64,000 nucleotides of DNA from Hypanus sabinus (lineage: Eukaryota), in assembly GCF_030144855.1 (NCBI RefSeq), contig NC_082706.1:45260001-45324000 (forward strand), in the 5' to 3' direction. This document shows, piece by piece, positions 63,446 through 64,000 of the stretch (the stretch's first letter is position 1; each line of letters starts with the position of its first letter). The notes beneath the pieces were generated by a model. The model had not been told where the DNA came from and made no database searches. It was given only the letters and a program-made list of their open reading frames with translations. The translations under genes and the position numbers were made by a program.

Positions 63446-64000
63446 ATTCCGTCAGTTTTCTGCCCTTCGACTGAAAAAGAAAGTAGTTACAATGAATCTC
63501 CAGCAAACTGTTGTGATTCCAACATCAGTGTGAGGGACAAGAAGATTCCCAGTCTGTTCCACGCTGTTCACATTAGTAATCCCACACACTGCTAATTCAT
63601 TCTGTTTTAATGTTGTAGTGAGCATTTTAAAGGGGGCTTTGAAAACAAGGACACATGAAAGAGGAATTGGGTTCCAGTGACCCAGAAGGGAAAAGGAAAC
63701 TGACACAGTTTCACAGTGGGAGTGTTTGAAACATTGGACGTGTCGGTCAGGACAGTGAGAACTAAAGTTAGAATGTTTTCTTAAAACTGTTCAATGTGTT
63801 GGTAGATTGCACTTGGAGCAGTTTGTGCTGTTCTGGTCACCAAGATACAGGAAGGATGTCATTAAACTGGAGAGAATGCAGGAAAGACGTTACCAATATT
63901 AGAGTGTTTGAGTTAGCAGGAGAGACTGGCTGGGACAGTTTTCCCCAAAATAGGTGAGGTTATTAATGATTAAAATCCATGAAGGGGAAGATTTCAGGCT

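Overview
Eukaryotic, repeat-dense vertebrate DNA. The repeat families (V-SINE/HE1-like SINEs, CR1 tails, Penelope-type short repeats) point to a cartilaginous fish, probably a ray or skate (inference). The host content is two tandem Siglec-like (CD22/MAG/CD33-family) Ig receptor loci on the minus strand. Locus A (about 63470 to 30030) has a leader exon, an intact V-set exon with the sialic-acid-binding Arg, two intact C2 exons and intact ITIM-bearing tail exons. It also has a C2 exon with a 65-nt deletion, a truncated duplicate C2 exon and a frameshifted TM exon. Locus B (about 19131 to 14717) is a pseudogene. The rest is mostly transposable elements: a young BEL/Pao LTR element, a Gmr1-type (SCAN-gag, INT-before-RT) Gypsy element with a partial inverted duplicate, a full-length Nimb/I LINE with a nested CR1, a solo LTR, Tc1 copies, Rex1/CR1/L1 fragments and Penelope remnants with hammerhead ribozyme motifs. 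There are three tandem arrays (33 bp x ~107, 59 bp x 10, and a degenerate ~32 bp array). No prokaryotic or CRISPR system is supported. Exon coordinates were read by hand; TE boundaries are approximate and no database search was run.
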